In this document: positions 10,692-21,396 of the stretch, in pieces
How the letters are laid out: every line of letters begins with the position of its first letter
Position numbering within the stretch: the first letter of the stretch is position 1
Assembly: GCA_048938005.1 (NCBI GenBank)
Contig: JBHLMQ010000002.1
Span: forward strand, 96,001 to 160,000
Length of the DNA: 64,000 nt
Direction: 5' to 3'
DNA from: Promethearchaeota archaeon
Lineage (GTDB): Archaea; Asgardarchaeota; Lokiarchaeia; Sigyniarchaeales; SOKP01
Translations under genes and position numbers: made by a program
Notes under the pieces: model-generated
Database searches by the model: none
Told to the model about the DNA's origin: nothing
What the model saw: the letters and a program-made list of their open reading frames with translations, nothing else

Positions 10692-10752
10692 TAAGTAATT
10701 ATTATACTAATAGGTATTTAAATGGATAAATCTTATAGAATTAAAATTTATA

Positions 10753-11148
10753 TTATTCTACATCAAACCACATAGGACTTTTATCTTCAACAAGTCCATT
10801 ATAATTTACTGTTAATTCCTCTCCTTGAGTAATATCCCGAATAGCAGAAAATTCTATTGCTTTATTTTCATAATCATACAGGTATTTTAAATTGGGCTCA
10901 AATGAATGATTAATAAATTGACTTATGCTAAGAGTTATAGCATTTCTAAATGCGGGCATATGCTCTGGATCTTCCCAAATATAACAGTAATTATACAATA
11001 TTGTTTTATATATTTTCTTATAATCTTTGTTTGGAATAGGGATTACATGCGCAATTTCAATTACAGTCCCTTTTTCAATTGGTTTTTTAGCAAATGCTCC
11101 TCTACCTTTCTTTTCAGAAATCGGTTTTACTTCAATATATTCATGCAT
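10753..11148 (-). CDS. Minimal SET-domain methyltransferase (tandem paralogue)
   Basis: KGRGAFA, FINHSFEPN, GEELTVNY. Confidence 0.9.
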   Translation of the reverse strand: MHEYIEVKPISEKKGRGAFAKKPIEKGTVIEIAHVIPIPNKDYKKIYKTILYNYCYIWEDPEHMPAFRNAITLSISQFINHSFEPNLKYLYDYENKAIEFSAIRDITQGEELTVNYNGLVEDKSPMWFDVE

Positions 11149-11200
11149 GATTATACTTAAATATATATTAAATTTTAGAAGATTATTATAGTGAATAAAC

Positions 11201-12448
11201 TTATTCTTTATATTTTTCTGGATTTACACACCTTCGCCATTGCATAACGGTCTCTAAAGGGCCTAATCCTATAAGGAGATCACCCTCTTCGAAAATAAAA
11301 TCTGGTTTAAAACTGTAGATCCATTTATCTTCTCTTTTCATGGCAATTATATGAAATCCTCTCTTATAACGTCTATCTTGTAATTCACTATAAGTTTTAT
11401 CTTTAAAATAAGAATCTTCTGATAATCTTTCCCTTACAACTATTTCTGAAGTTTCGCGAATTGCTTGTTGTAGAATTGCGTGTGGTTCGAAACCTTTAAG
11501 AATATTTTCTGCAATGTGAGCAGCGGCATCAGATATTAATTCACAACTAAATACAATTCTCATTATTCCTGTGAGATCTCGAGGAGTTTCTACTAATTTT
11601 GCTAAATCAAGAAGATCTTTTTCTATCGCGATATTTAAACCATCCATTAATTCTTCCATTTCTAAAACATCTTCAGCAACCTCTTCATTTTTAAAAAACA
11701 AGGCAGCTAATGCTAATTCAATCATAGTTTCTGAAATATCTGTTATTAAAACGTAATTTTTCTGTATCTCCTCAATTTTTTCACAGATTTCTGTATTTTC
11801 AAGATCGATTATTGATTCTTTCTCCTGTTCTCCAATATCAAAAGAAAAAGGATCTTGATCCCTACATAATTTTTTCATTTCTATAATAGGTTGAATTTCT
11901 CCCTTAACAATTAAAATATCATTTATTAACACCTTTTCATCTCTTTCAAAGAGCCATTTATCTTCTCTACGTATTGCTATTAAATCAACTCCATGTTTAG
12001 ATCTAAAATGTACATCTTTCCTTGCTTGCCCAATGAACTCACAGCCCTTGTTAACTACAACTTTAACTATAGGTTCAGGTACATAACTAATATCACTAAA
12101 TAATTGACTAAAGTAGGAGATATCATTATTGATATATACAACCCTCGCAATATCTGATAATGCGTCAGAAATCTTGTCAATAGCGTAACCCATAACAACG
12201 AGGGGTTCTAATTTTTTCGCTCCATTTAGTCCTATTGGATGTGCTTGAATAATTTGGAAATTAAGCAAAAATGTAAGTTCATGAATTCTTTGTTCCATTT
12301 TATAGGCTTCATCAGCAAGTTCTTTACTTCCGAACTTAATTGCACTATAAGCCAGATCAATCATTAAATCGATATTTTTTTTCATTTCCCGAAGTATTTC
12401 TCTTAGGGAAAGAGGCTTGTATTTAAATTTTTTACTAGGTTTGGTCAT
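11201..12448 (-). CDS. PhoU + TrkA-C (RCK-C) duplicated-domain regulatory protein
   Basis: Two repeats of LMIDLAYSA..ISDA helical unit followed by IAIRREDKW/IAMKREDKW TrkA-C. Confidence 0.82.
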   Translation of the reverse strand: MTKPSKKFKYKPLSLREILREMKKNIDLMIDLAYSAIKFGSKELADEAYKMEQRIHELTFLLNFQIIQAHPIGLNGAKKLEPLVVMGYAIDKISDALSDIARVVYINNDISYFSQLFSDISYVPEPIVKVVVNKGCEFIGQARKDVHFRSKHGVDLIAIRREDKWLFERDEKVLINDILIVKGEIQPIIEMKKLCRDQDPFSFDIGEQEKESIIDLENTEICEKIEEIQKNYVLITDISETMIELALAALFFKNEEVAEDVLEMEELMDGLNIAIEKDLLDLAKLVETPRDLTGIMRIVFSCELISDAAAHIAENILKGFEPHAILQQAIRETSEIVVRERLSEDSYFKDKTYSELQDRRYKRGFHIIAMKREDKWIYSFKPDFIFEEGDLLIGLGPLETVMQWRRCVNPEKYKE

Positions 12449-12485
12449 ATAGTCCTATTCACTCACTTTTCATATTAATTTGATT

Positions 12486-13037
12486 TTATATAAATATTAT
12501 TATAAATAAAATTAAGAATAGAGGCGTTAGAAAATCAGCTAAAGATGTAAGAAATGGAATTAAAAAATTATTTGGATCCTTACCACGCTTATATAAGAAA
12601 ATAGCGCTAACAAACAATGCTACAAACATTATTATAAAAATCAATAAAACTGTAAGCGTAATAATAAAAATAATTAATAAGGGATTTACAATCTTAATAC
12701 CTAAGATGATACTAAATACATATCCTATTAATAACAAGGCTATTAAACTCAATAATAGGGTAATGAGTAATCCTAAAAAGTCTTCTTTTAATCTATCAGA
12801 TTTCTGAATTTTTGGAGGTAATGTACCGATATATAGGTGTGTGGTTAATCTCGATACAAGAACAGTTGATATATCACCTATTAAAGAATTCAAAGCTGGA
12901 ATTATTAAAAGTAATATTGGAATAGAGGTTAATACGGCTTTATTTGAAGATAATAAAGTACCAGAGACGAGCCCAAACAAAGAAGACAGAATTACTATGA
13001 TTATAGATTCTTTAAAAATTTTCATATAATACTTCAT
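12486..13037 (-). CDS. MgtE/SLC41-type divalent cation transporter membrane subunit
   Basis: IPALNSLIGD, GKDPNNFLIPFLTSLAD. Confidence 0.82.
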   Translation of the reverse strand: MKYYMKIFKESIIIVILSSLFGLVSGTLLSSNKAVLTSIPILLLIIPALNSLIGDISTVLVSRLTTHLYIGTLPPKIQKSDRLKEDFLGLLITLLLSLIALLLIGYVFSIILGIKIVNPLLIIFIITLTVLLIFIIMFVALFVSAIFLYKRGKDPNNFLIPFLTSLADFLTPLFLILFIIIFI

Positions 13038-13592
13038 TTAGGGCACCCCTAGCATTATAATAGTTAAGAAAAAGCATAATACAGTAGAAAAATCGTCAAT
13101 TGCCGTCATCATGGGATTAACGACGTTATTTGGGTTTAATCCTCTCTTAAAAGCTACATAGTTTAATCCTGTGGAACAAGGAATTGAAATAGCGAGTGTT
13201 AAGATTGTTGAAATTATAGGAATTATAATTAAATACGGAATGGGAAGAATATATAATTTGAAGAAAACAAAATCTAAGATAATAGAGAAGATACCTATGA
13301 AAAATGCTGTTATAATTGAGAGTGTATAAGTGGCCAAAACATTTTCAACCCATGTTTTCCTAGAAAAATTTCCAATAACAAAATCACGAGATGTTCTAGC
13401 TATAAATGGTCCACTTAAATTACCCCTTAAAGATAAAAGAGCCGGAATCATCAATATTAAAACAGGAAAACTATTAAATGGCAAAATGAGTAATGAAAGT
13501 ATTATCCCCGCTAAGATATCCCCAATAATAGAGATAACCTCTGATGGGAAGGTTTGTTTAACAATTTTTCCTTTAGAGTCATGAATCTCCAT
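13038..13592 (-). CDS. MgtE/SLC41-type divalent cation transporter membrane subunit
   Basis: PALLSLRGN, GLNPNNVVNPMMTAIDD. Confidence 0.82.
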   Translation of the reverse strand: MEIHDSKGKIVKQTFPSEVISIIGDILAGIILSLLILPFNSFPVLILMIPALLSLRGNLSGPFIARTSRDFVIGNFSRKTWVENVLATYTLSIITAFFIGIFSIILDFVFFKLYILPIPYLIIIPIISTILTLAISIPCSTGLNYVAFKRGLNPNNVVNPMMTAIDDFSTVLCFFLTIIMLGVP

Positions 13593-13983
13593 ATACCATC
13601 CTCATCAGAATCCGTTGAATTAATATTATTTTCTTGAAACATTTCTTAATATAAAGTGATTTATTTTCCTTCTATTATTTATATTATCTATAATTATATT
13701 TAAGAATTTAGTTATACCTAATTCATTAGAATAATTTTTAAACTTATGATTCAATTTTAAATAACAGGGTAGTTTTATTAACCATAATTATAGTTTTTAA
13801 ATTCGATGGGATTATTTTTAAGGTTAAGAGACTCTAGAAAGATCTAATTAATTTTACAGATATTCTTTTGCTAATTATATCCATAAATGATATCTAATTA
13901 AACTTAAACAAATTTTATATGAATTCTTAATTAATAATTATTTAATTTTAATGAAAATATGAAATTTTAAGAGAGAAAGTTTA

Positions 13984-15636
13984 TTGAGCCTCTGGATTCC
14001 TGTAGCAAAAAATGAAATTCGGTTAAAAACAAGTCGATTTAGGAAAAATCGGAAATTATTCTTTATTGTAATTTTTTCAATATTTTTATTATGGTCATCA
14101 TATTTAGGACCAATTTTAATTGATGCAATATTGCCAGAAATTATAAAAATATTTTCCTCCAACTATGTAGGAATAATTATTCCATTAATTGAGTATACTT
14201 TTAGTACCTTATTTTTAATGTATGTAATGTATCCTCTCTTTATTCTTTTTAGAAAAGCAGAAATTGGTTACAAAGAGATCATATTAGCATCTCCAATAAA
14301 ACGCAGTGATATTATTCTTGGTGAATTTATAGGGCGTTTGCCTTTTTACGCTTTACTTATTCTAGGAATTGGTCCATTTGGTATAACATTGATATTACAG
14401 ATTAATCCAGAAATGAATATTTTCCATTATCTCATTTTTTATTTAATTTTTTTTTCATTATCAATTTTTGGATCATTTATTGGAACAATTTTAGCCAATT
14501 GGGTTGAATTCAGAATAGCTAGGAGCGAGAAGATAAAAGAATTAAGGAGTATCTTTTTAATCTTATTGGCAATTTTAGTTTTAATAATATTTTATTCTTT
14601 TCAATATTTATTTGGTCTATTTAGGACTTATCCAGAATTTAAAAACTTTCTACTTTTTTATCCATCTTTATGGTATTCAAATATAATTCTATACCTTATT
14701 GATCCTAAGTTTATAGAATTATCTTTGTTTAATATTTGGGTAAATATTGGTCTCGCTATTATAATTCCTCTTTTATCTTTCTATTTTTTCTATAAAATAA
14801 GTAATTATACTTATGATTTAAATTTTGAATTTAATAAAAAATTTAAAATCATTCATAAGGAGCATAAATTCTACAATTTTATTAAAAGAATTACGCATAA
14901 GAACTACAAAGGATTGGTCGTTATCCATTTTAAAGAATTTTTTCGGAAAAAGCAGAATAAAGTAAAATTAGTCTATATTATTGGAGTTATTTCAATGTTT
15001 AGCATTTTTTTATATTTAGCTTTAGAAAATCAGCCGTTTGTTTTTGAAACGAGTTTCTTAGGTATTCCTATAATTATTCAAATCATACTAAATCAAAATG
15101 TTTTAATGTTACTTATTTCATGGATGGGAAGTTTTATTTTTGGAATTTTAATGGGAATGTCTGCTTTTGTTGATTCTAAAGATGTATTATTTGTTTATAA
15201 AAAATCACCAATGGGTCTAAAAGCATTTCTTCAATCTTATTTATACGAAATGGTATATATTTTACTTTTGATAGATATTTTCTTTACAATCCTTTTCACA
15301 TTCATTTTTATTCTCGAGATATTAGTTTCATTAACTTTTTTTTTCATATTTATGATAAATAGCATTATTATCATTATTCAAGCAATAGGGATTCAATGTA
15401 TCAGACCTTTATTCGAGGAACGTCGTAAAAATATGATTTTTAACAATTATTATTTACTTGCCCTACAAGTTCTTTCTTTATTTATAACTCTCTATTTAAT
15501 TATCCCCGTTATGATAGGTACAATTGATACTTCTTCTGGTCTTTTTCTTATACTTCTAATTAATATTGGTATATCCACAGGATTAGCATCATTAATATTT
15601 TCATTTGGGATTCATAATTTAAAGAAAATTGAATAA
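13984..15636 (+). CDS. Polytopic membrane protein, ABC-2-type exporter permease-like (duplicated)
   Basis: About 12-13 TM; EIILASPIKRSDIILG and YKKSP in the two halves. Confidence 0.6.
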   Translation: MSLWIPVAKNEIRLKTSRFRKNRKLFFIVIFSIFLLWSSYLGPILIDAILPEIIKIFSSNYVGIIIPLIEYTFSTLFLMYVMYPLFILFRKAEIGYKEIILASPIKRSDIILGEFIGRLPFYALLILGIGPFGITLILQINPEMNIFHYLIFYLIFFSLSIFGSFIGTILANWVEFRIARSEKIKELRSIFLILLAILVLIIFYSFQYLFGLFRTYPEFKNFLLFYPSLWYSNIILYLIDPKFIELSLFNIWVNIGLAIIIPLLSFYFFYKISNYTYDLNFEFNKKFKIIHKEHKFYNFIKRITHKNYKGLVVIHFKEFFRKKQNKVKLVYIIGVISMFSIFLYLALENQPFVFETSFLGIPIIIQIILNQNVLMLLISWMGSFIFGILMGMSAFVDSKDVLFVYKKSPMGLKAFLQSYLYEMVYILLLIDIFFTILFTFIFILEILVSLTFFFIFMINSIIIIIQAIGIQCIRPLFEERRKNMIFNNYYLLALQVLSLFITLYLIIPVMIGTIDTSSGLFLILLINIGISTGLASLIFSFGIHNLKKIE

Positions 15637-15638
15637 AC

Positions 15639-15914
15639 CTATTTAAAATCCTTTTTAATACCCCAAATTTTTTTCAGTCCTTTGATTAAAATATGTATTG
15701 CTAAAGGAACTAGTAATAAGAAGAAGCCTAGGGGATTAATGAAAATATTTTTAATAAATGTTGAGAGAACTTCAAATGGATCGAAAAAAAATAATTGGAT
15801 TATGAAAAATAAATAAATAGCAGCACCAAAAACGAGAAAAAAAGTATTTGCTTTTATTGTTGATAAATATATTAAAATAATAATTAAAAAAAGAAAAGAT
15901 TCAAGAATTTCCAT
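15639..15914 (-). CDS. Small hypothetical membrane protein
   Basis: 91-aa hydrophobic ORF with ATG and basic tail. Confidence 0.45.
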   Translation of the reverse strand: MEILESFLFLIIILIYLSTIKANTFFLVFGAAIYLFFIIQLFFFDPFEVLSTFIKNIFINPLGFFLLLVPLAIHILIKGLKKIWGIKKDFK

Positions 15915-15971
15915 TTTAGCAAAAAAATCTATGTTTTAAAATATATAAAAAAAAAGGATTTAAAAATTTGA

Positions 15972-16817
15972 TTAACTTATTCTTTTCTTTCTCTTTGTAT
16001 AATAGATTAAACCTATTACAGCACTAGTAGTAATTATTAAAATGATTGAAAGCTCATATCCGAAAATTTCTTCTTCTGCGAATCCTACGGTTATAATGGT
16101 TGCTCCACCATACTTAATGAGAGCATCACTAAGAACCCCATTAGCATTATATCTAACCGTGGCATCTACTTCACCAAAAGTTCCATTGAATATATAGTTG
16201 CTAACGTTAAATTCAAAGTATCCACCGGGATAATTAACATTCATTCCATTTTCTAGCGCAGTTATCGAAATGTTTCCTGGAATCTCCGGAACCATTGATT
16301 TAAGAGTATTAATTTCATCTTCAAGTATTGTCCAATTCATATTCATTGGCATAAACAAGCCCCCGATGGTTCCATTAGGAAAAAAAACGCCACTTGCAAG
16401 ATCCATGATTCCTCCTGTGTAGTTATCTTGGAACTTCACAATAATATGGTTAAATTCTGCAATATCCTCAATTGTAGTAGTTCCTGGAAAAACTAAAGAA
16501 AGCGAGCATAAAACGTTTACGTATTTTGTACCCATAAAATCCATTTCGTCTGAAACAGATTTAACGTTTACTTTAACATTAATACTTGCAGAACCAACAA
16601 AATAAGTTGAATAATCAGGGGGCATCTCACCAGTTATATTTAAGTCTTCATATAAATCTAGTAAAGGCTCTGCGTTTACTGTAATTTTCCATGTAAAGCT
16701 ATCACCAGCGCTTACTCCTACCCAATCAGGTGGAAGAGCATTAGAAACATTTATAGATGATAAAAATAATAAACAACCGACTATACTAATACCGATTAAT
16801 TTAATCTTATTCTTCAT
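15972..16817 (-). CDS. Secreted/surface protein with C-terminal sorting-like tail
   Basis: Signal peptide, WVGVSAGD, C-terminal EIFGYE + TM + KRKKR. Confidence 0.72.
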   Translation of the reverse strand: MKNKIKLIGISIVGCLLFLSSINVSNALPPDWVGVSAGDSFTWKITVNAEPLLDLYEDLNITGEMPPDYSTYFVGSASINVKVNVKSVSDEMDFMGTKYVNVLCSLSLVFPGTTTIEDIAEFNHIIVKFQDNYTGGIMDLASGVFFPNGTIGGLFMPMNMNWTILEDEINTLKSMVPEIPGNISITALENGMNVNYPGGYFEFNVSNYIFNGTFGEVDATVRYNANGVLSDALIKYGGATIITVGFAEEEIFGYELSIILIITTSAVIGLIYYTKRKKRIS

Positions 16818-17060
16818 ATTATATTCTCATCCTCTATTTTTAAAGAAATTAAAAAAGTTACAATTATAATTTCAATACAATTATTTAAATCTATCATTGA
16901 ATTTGCTGCTTCTTCTTAATATCAATTCTTTATATATATAAAGCTATAAAAATATATTTATATTATACAATTATTTGATTCTAATAAAACAGTTTTATTA
17001 GTACCTTGATATCAAATTTCATTTTTAAAGATAATTTAAATTGGATTACTATTAATATAA

Positions 17061-17774
17061 TTGATAATGAAATTTTCAAGATATGAATCAAGATTTAAAG
17101 CGGGAGAAATATTAGCAGATTTTGTTTTTAATAAGGATAAAACCCTTGGTATACATGTTTTTGATGATCCAAATCAATTTTTTTGCTTTGCGATTCCTAA
17201 TGGAGGGATCCCTGTTGTTGAAGGATTTTGTTTTAAATTGAATATTAATTATGATATATTAATTGTACGTAAAATTAAAATACCATTTAATACTGAAGCA
17301 GGTTTTGGATCAGTCACTCCCGATGGGACTATATTAATAAATCAATCTCTGCTATACCATTTAAACTTATCCCAAAAGGCAATCAATGATTCTATAGAGT
17401 TAACTAAACAAGAAATCAAAGAGAGACTTAAATTTTATGAAAAAGATTTAAAACTTGAGAATTTTTATGAGGAATGTATCTATAATAAACACATTTTCAT
17501 TCTAGATGATGGGCTAGCCTCAGGTTTTACAATGTTAGCTGCAATAAGCATGATAAAAAAATATCATCCAAAAAAGGTCTTTATTGCTGTTCCAACAGCT
17601 CCTCTTAGAACCGTTAAAAAAATTAAAGAAAATGTTGATGATGTTTTTTGCCCAAATATTAGAGAGGTTCTGTGGTTTGCTGTTGCAGATGCATATAAAA
17701 ATTGGTACGATGTACCTGAATCTGAAGTTGTAGAAATTTTAAATAATTCAAAATACTATGTGCAAAATATATAA
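17061..17774 (+). CDS. Phosphoribosyltransferase family protein
   Basis: AIPNGG, VRKI, ILDDGLASGFTM PRPP loop, AVP. Confidence 0.88.
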   Translation: MIMKFSRYESRFKAGEILADFVFNKDKTLGIHVFDDPNQFFCFAIPNGGIPVVEGFCFKLNINYDILIVRKIKIPFNTEAGFGSVTPDGTILINQSLLYHLNLSQKAINDSIELTKQEIKERLKFYEKDLKLENFYEECIYNKHIFILDDGLASGFTMLAAISMIKKYHPKKVFIAVPTAPLRTVKKIKENVDDVFCPNIREVLWFAVADAYKNWYDVPESEVVEILNNSKYYVQNI

Positions 17775-17830
17775 AAAATAATAGTATTTAGAGAGAATTC
17801 ATTCAGTAAAAAAAACTAAGATTTAGAAAG

Positions 17831-19213
17831 ATGCATATTGAATTAAAAGAATTCCTAAAATCAAATAAACGTCTGGTAATTATTTATTTTGGTTCTTTTA
17901 GTATACAAATTATAGTATTTTTAATAATTCAAGTTTTTGATTGGACCTCCCAGGAATCGTTAAATTCTTCATGGTTTAATCTATTGATGAATACAGTGGA
18001 ACCATATTCAGATTACAAATTTTGGTATCAAGGTTTTGCCAAACAGTTTATTTATGATGATTGGTTACCATACATTCAACAATTTGAAGACCCTTCTAAA
18101 TACCGAAATATTTTTGAGTACATTTTAGTTATTATTCTCGGAAATGGGCAGTTAAATTTCATTTATCCCCCTTTCTTTTTTTATAGCATAATTATTCCAG
18201 CATTAATCAGTATAGATTTAGTGTTTCTTCCTTTATTATTAGCAAATCTTTTATTACCATTTATAATTTATAAATTTCTTAATAATTTTTATGGAAAAAA
18301 TATAGCAGAATGGGGTTTTATCACTACAACCTTATGTCCCCTTTCAATTTTTTATAATGGGGGGTTATTACTAAATACATCTTATATAACTCTTTTTTTC
18401 GTTCTGGCATTATATTTTATTTCAATTAATAGATTTACATCAGCAACAGTCTTTTTAGCTATCTCTTTTCTTTTTAAACAAACAGCTATTTTTTTTATTC
18501 CTCCAATTTTAGCATACATAATCTTAAAACATAAGTCAAGTGAAAATAAAATTGGGTTTCTTAGCTATACCAAAAGCTTCCTTAAATATACAGGAATATT
18601 GGTGGCAATAATATTATTGGGATCATTACCATGGATTATTATTACTCCAAAAAATTATATTGAGGCGTTACTTGTCAATCAATCTATAACTTTTTATCCT
18701 GTATTTATTAATCCATGGTATAATTTTCCAGTACATTGGTATAGCTTTTTGATTGGATTAGGTGCTCCATATTGGTTATTGTATATCTTAGGTTTTCTCA
18801 CCTTTACTTTTATAGGGATAATACTTATGGAAATAATTGTTTTATTTTTATTGTTTAAGTGGCACCATAATGATGAATTGAATTGGAAGAAATTAATTGA
18901 TGTGATCATTTATGTAGCTTTTATAAGTCATCTTTTCCTTCCAAGGGGAGTATATAAATATTACTTTACTTTTCACGTCCCTCTTGTCATTCTTTGGATT
19001 TGCGTTCATTTCAATGACATTTTATCTAGTGATAGAAGTAAACAACTAAATTGGAGGTTAATATTCATACTTGGTTCTCTTATAATTATAATCATACCAC
19101 GTTTGTATTATTTGATAATAATTTGGTTAATTCTTGCTTTTATAATTAAAACAAATTTAAATCTCAGAAAACAAGAAATCCCATTAAAAATGGAAAACCT
19201 AGATTTAAATTAA
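17831..19213 (+). CDS. GT-C fold integral membrane glycosyltransferase (GT87/PIG-M-like)
   Basis: Loop EPYSDY..YPPFF, FKQ after TM, multiple TMs, KYY. Confidence 0.65.
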   Translation: MHIELKEFLKSNKRLVIIYFGSFSIQIIVFLIIQVFDWTSQESLNSSWFNLLMNTVEPYSDYKFWYQGFAKQFIYDDWLPYIQQFEDPSKYRNIFEYILVIILGNGQLNFIYPPFFFYSIIIPALISIDLVFLPLLLANLLLPFIIYKFLNNFYGKNIAEWGFITTTLCPLSIFYNGGLLLNTSYITLFFVLALYFISINRFTSATVFLAISFLFKQTAIFFIPPILAYIILKHKSSENKIGFLSYTKSFLKYTGILVAIILLGSLPWIIITPKNYIEALLVNQSITFYPVFINPWYNFPVHWYSFLIGLGAPYWLLYILGFLTFTFIGIILMEIIVLFLLFKWHHNDELNWKKLIDVIIYVAFISHLFLPRGVYKYYFTFHVPLVILWICVHFNDILSSDRSKQLNWRLIFILGSLIIIIIPRLYYLIIIWLILAFIIKTNLNLRKQEIPLKMENLDLN

Positions 19214-19296
19214 ATTAAAAATTAGAAACTATACTTTTACATAAAACATGATATATTTCAAGTTTAATATAAATACCTTATTTAAACTAGACTTTT

Positions 19297-20658
19297 TTAT
19301 CTAACCAATAAATCAGTTTGATATTTTTCTTTTTTTAAAAAAAAATGAAGAATATTAATCAAACTTATAATAATTAGTATTGAACTAAACAAAATTAGAC
19401 TATATAGATTACTTATTATTGATTCAAGATTAAAAATAATAATAATTAAAGCATATATAAGCAGGCTAAAACTTAGTATTAATATTGATTTATGTGTTTT
19501 ACTCTCTCTCCTAAAAAATCTTCCTAATAAGTAAAAAGGGAAGGCTAATCCAATAGATCCAATAACTATCAGTGGAATAAAGATTAAATAAAGTTCAATT
19601 CTCGATTGAAGTGAGAAATACACAATAATCCTATAATAGAATACATCAACTACAAGCTGATGAAATAAAAATAACTCAAGAGTCTCTTTTCCAGGAATCT
19701 CAAGCATTTTATTGATTTTTGTTGTATATTTAAAGAACCAAATTGAAAAGATAACAAAGGAAATTGTTATTAACGGATGATATAAAATCCTAATAAAATC
19801 TAAAAGAGTGTAATTTGTTATTGGGAAAAAAAAGTAAAACAATATAATAATAATTAATGATACAAGCGCAGTTAATCCAACACCATTTTTCTGTAAAATA
19901 TTTATAGATTTATTAGGATTTTTCCCTATCCAAAAACCTAGCAACATTCCAAAAAGAAAAACGAAAAATCGAAGCGCAAATAAACTATAATACCATAAAA
20001 AGTCTAGTTTTGGGGGTAATTGAGTAACTAAATCTTTAGATATTTCAAAAATAGTGTTGGCAAATACGTTAGCAAAGAAAAGATAACATATAAAAAGCAA
20101 AATACCCAAAAATGCTGTTAATTTAACATTTTTTTTTATGCATAAATAAAATAGTGGGAAGAGTAGATAACAGCTTAAAATTAATGTGATATACCAATGG
20201 GGTGGAGCGATAATAAAAAAATTAGGGTTAGTTGGAATAGATTGTAATCCACTCATATGAATTAATATTGAATTGGCATCAAAATTTTCATTAAAAAGAT
20301 AATAATTACTAATTAAAAAGAAGAATGTAGATATAATCAGTAGTGGGTAAATTCTAACAATTCTTCTTTTATACCATTTTTTCCAAGAATGTTCTTTCTT
20401 ATTACTTCTCATTACTCCGATAGTTAATAACATACCACTCAAAAATATAAAAATATCTCCGGTGCTTTCAATAATTTCGAAAAAGGTACGTATGAATATA
20501 TTCGAATGATCTTTAATATCAGAAAGCTGCCCTATATGCCATATTATTATTCCTATGATTGCTATGGCTTGTATGGAAGTAATACTTCGAAAAAAGCTTT
20601 CTAATTTTGCTTCATTCCTTTTATTGTGGATTAACATTTGATTCTTGTTATTTTCCAT
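19297..20658 (-). CDS. Acyltransferase-3 (OafA-like) membrane O-acyltransferase
   Basis: AIAIIGIIIWH, DIFIFLSG, RRIVRIYP, HWYI..YLLFP, FLFH. Confidence 0.82.
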   Translation of the reverse strand: MENNKNQMLIHNKRNEAKLESFFRSITSIQAIAIIGIIIWHIGQLSDIKDHSNIFIRTFFEIIESTGDIFIFLSGMLLTIGVMRSNKKEHSWKKWYKRRIVRIYPLLIISTFFFLISNYYLFNENFDANSILIHMSGLQSIPTNPNFFIIAPPHWYITLILSCYLLFPLFYLCIKKNVKLTAFLGILLFICYLFFANVFANTIFEISKDLVTQLPPKLDFLWYYSLFALRFFVFLFGMLLGFWIGKNPNKSINILQKNGVGLTALVSLIIIILFYFFFPITNYTLLDFIRILYHPLITISFVIFSIWFFKYTTKINKMLEIPGKETLELFLFHQLVVDVFYYRIIVYFSLQSRIELYLIFIPLIVIGSIGLAFPFYLLGRFFRRESKTHKSILILSFSLLIYALIIIIFNLESIISNLYSLILFSSILIIISLINILHFFLKKEKYQTDLLVR

Positions 20659-20835
20659 CTATTTAACTTAATTATAATGAGTTTTGAATTAGTAATAGTA
20701 ATTAGATGTTTAAATAATTTGTTGAGCTTGAAAATGTTAAAATCACATTTTATAGCATTAACTGGGAGTTAGGCTAAAGGTAGAAATTACAGAAAGGAGG
20801 TTTAATAAAAGAAAAGTAAAAAAAAATTTTATAAT

Positions 20836-21102
20836 TTAAGCGCTAATCAAACGGAATAATATTGAAGCATGAGGAATATAGAACTCATCTCTTTTCTTTA
20901 TCACAACAGTGTGAAAATATTCAGCAAGCCCCAGAAATCCACGAATTACTGACTCATCTTCTTCAAATCTAAAAATTACAGCGGCTATAGCAGATCCCGT
21001 ATTGAAACTAACCTTATCATATACTCTTTCATCGATTAGAGGGATTTTTAATTCGTTGACAATTTCATAAACCCGTTTAATGAAGAGTTCTCGCTTAGGC
21101 AT
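20836..21102 (-). CDS. Hypothetical small protein
   Basis: 88-aa ATG ORF, coding-like composition, divergent from the proline-rich gene. Confidence 0.65.
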   Translation of the reverse strand: MPKRELFIKRVYEIVNELKIPLIDERVYDKVSFNTGSAIAAVIFRFEEDESVIRGFLGLAEYFHTVVIKKRDEFYIPHASILFRLISA

Positions 21103-21396
21103 TTTTCATAAACCTTTTTAATTTATTCTATTCTAAAGAATTTTTTAGAAAATTGAATTTTTAATAATTTTTAAACTTACTAATGAAATATGTTATATAA
21201 TATTATTAGTTTAAGTTTTTTAATAATTAACGTTTTTCTAGATGTAGATAATATTGGGATTTATAGACTCAATTAAGAATGGAATAAAAATATAAATACA
21301 TATTAATATATTTTATATAATTAAAATATAAAGATTATAAATAGTAATTTTAATTTTAATCAATTTTTCAATAATATTAGAGGAATTGAGTAGAAC

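Noticed and set aside
11201-13592. Split MgtE halves as a broken gene
   Set aside because: Two half-size MgtE genes plus PhoU/TrkA-C is a known archaeal arrangement and both ORFs are intact
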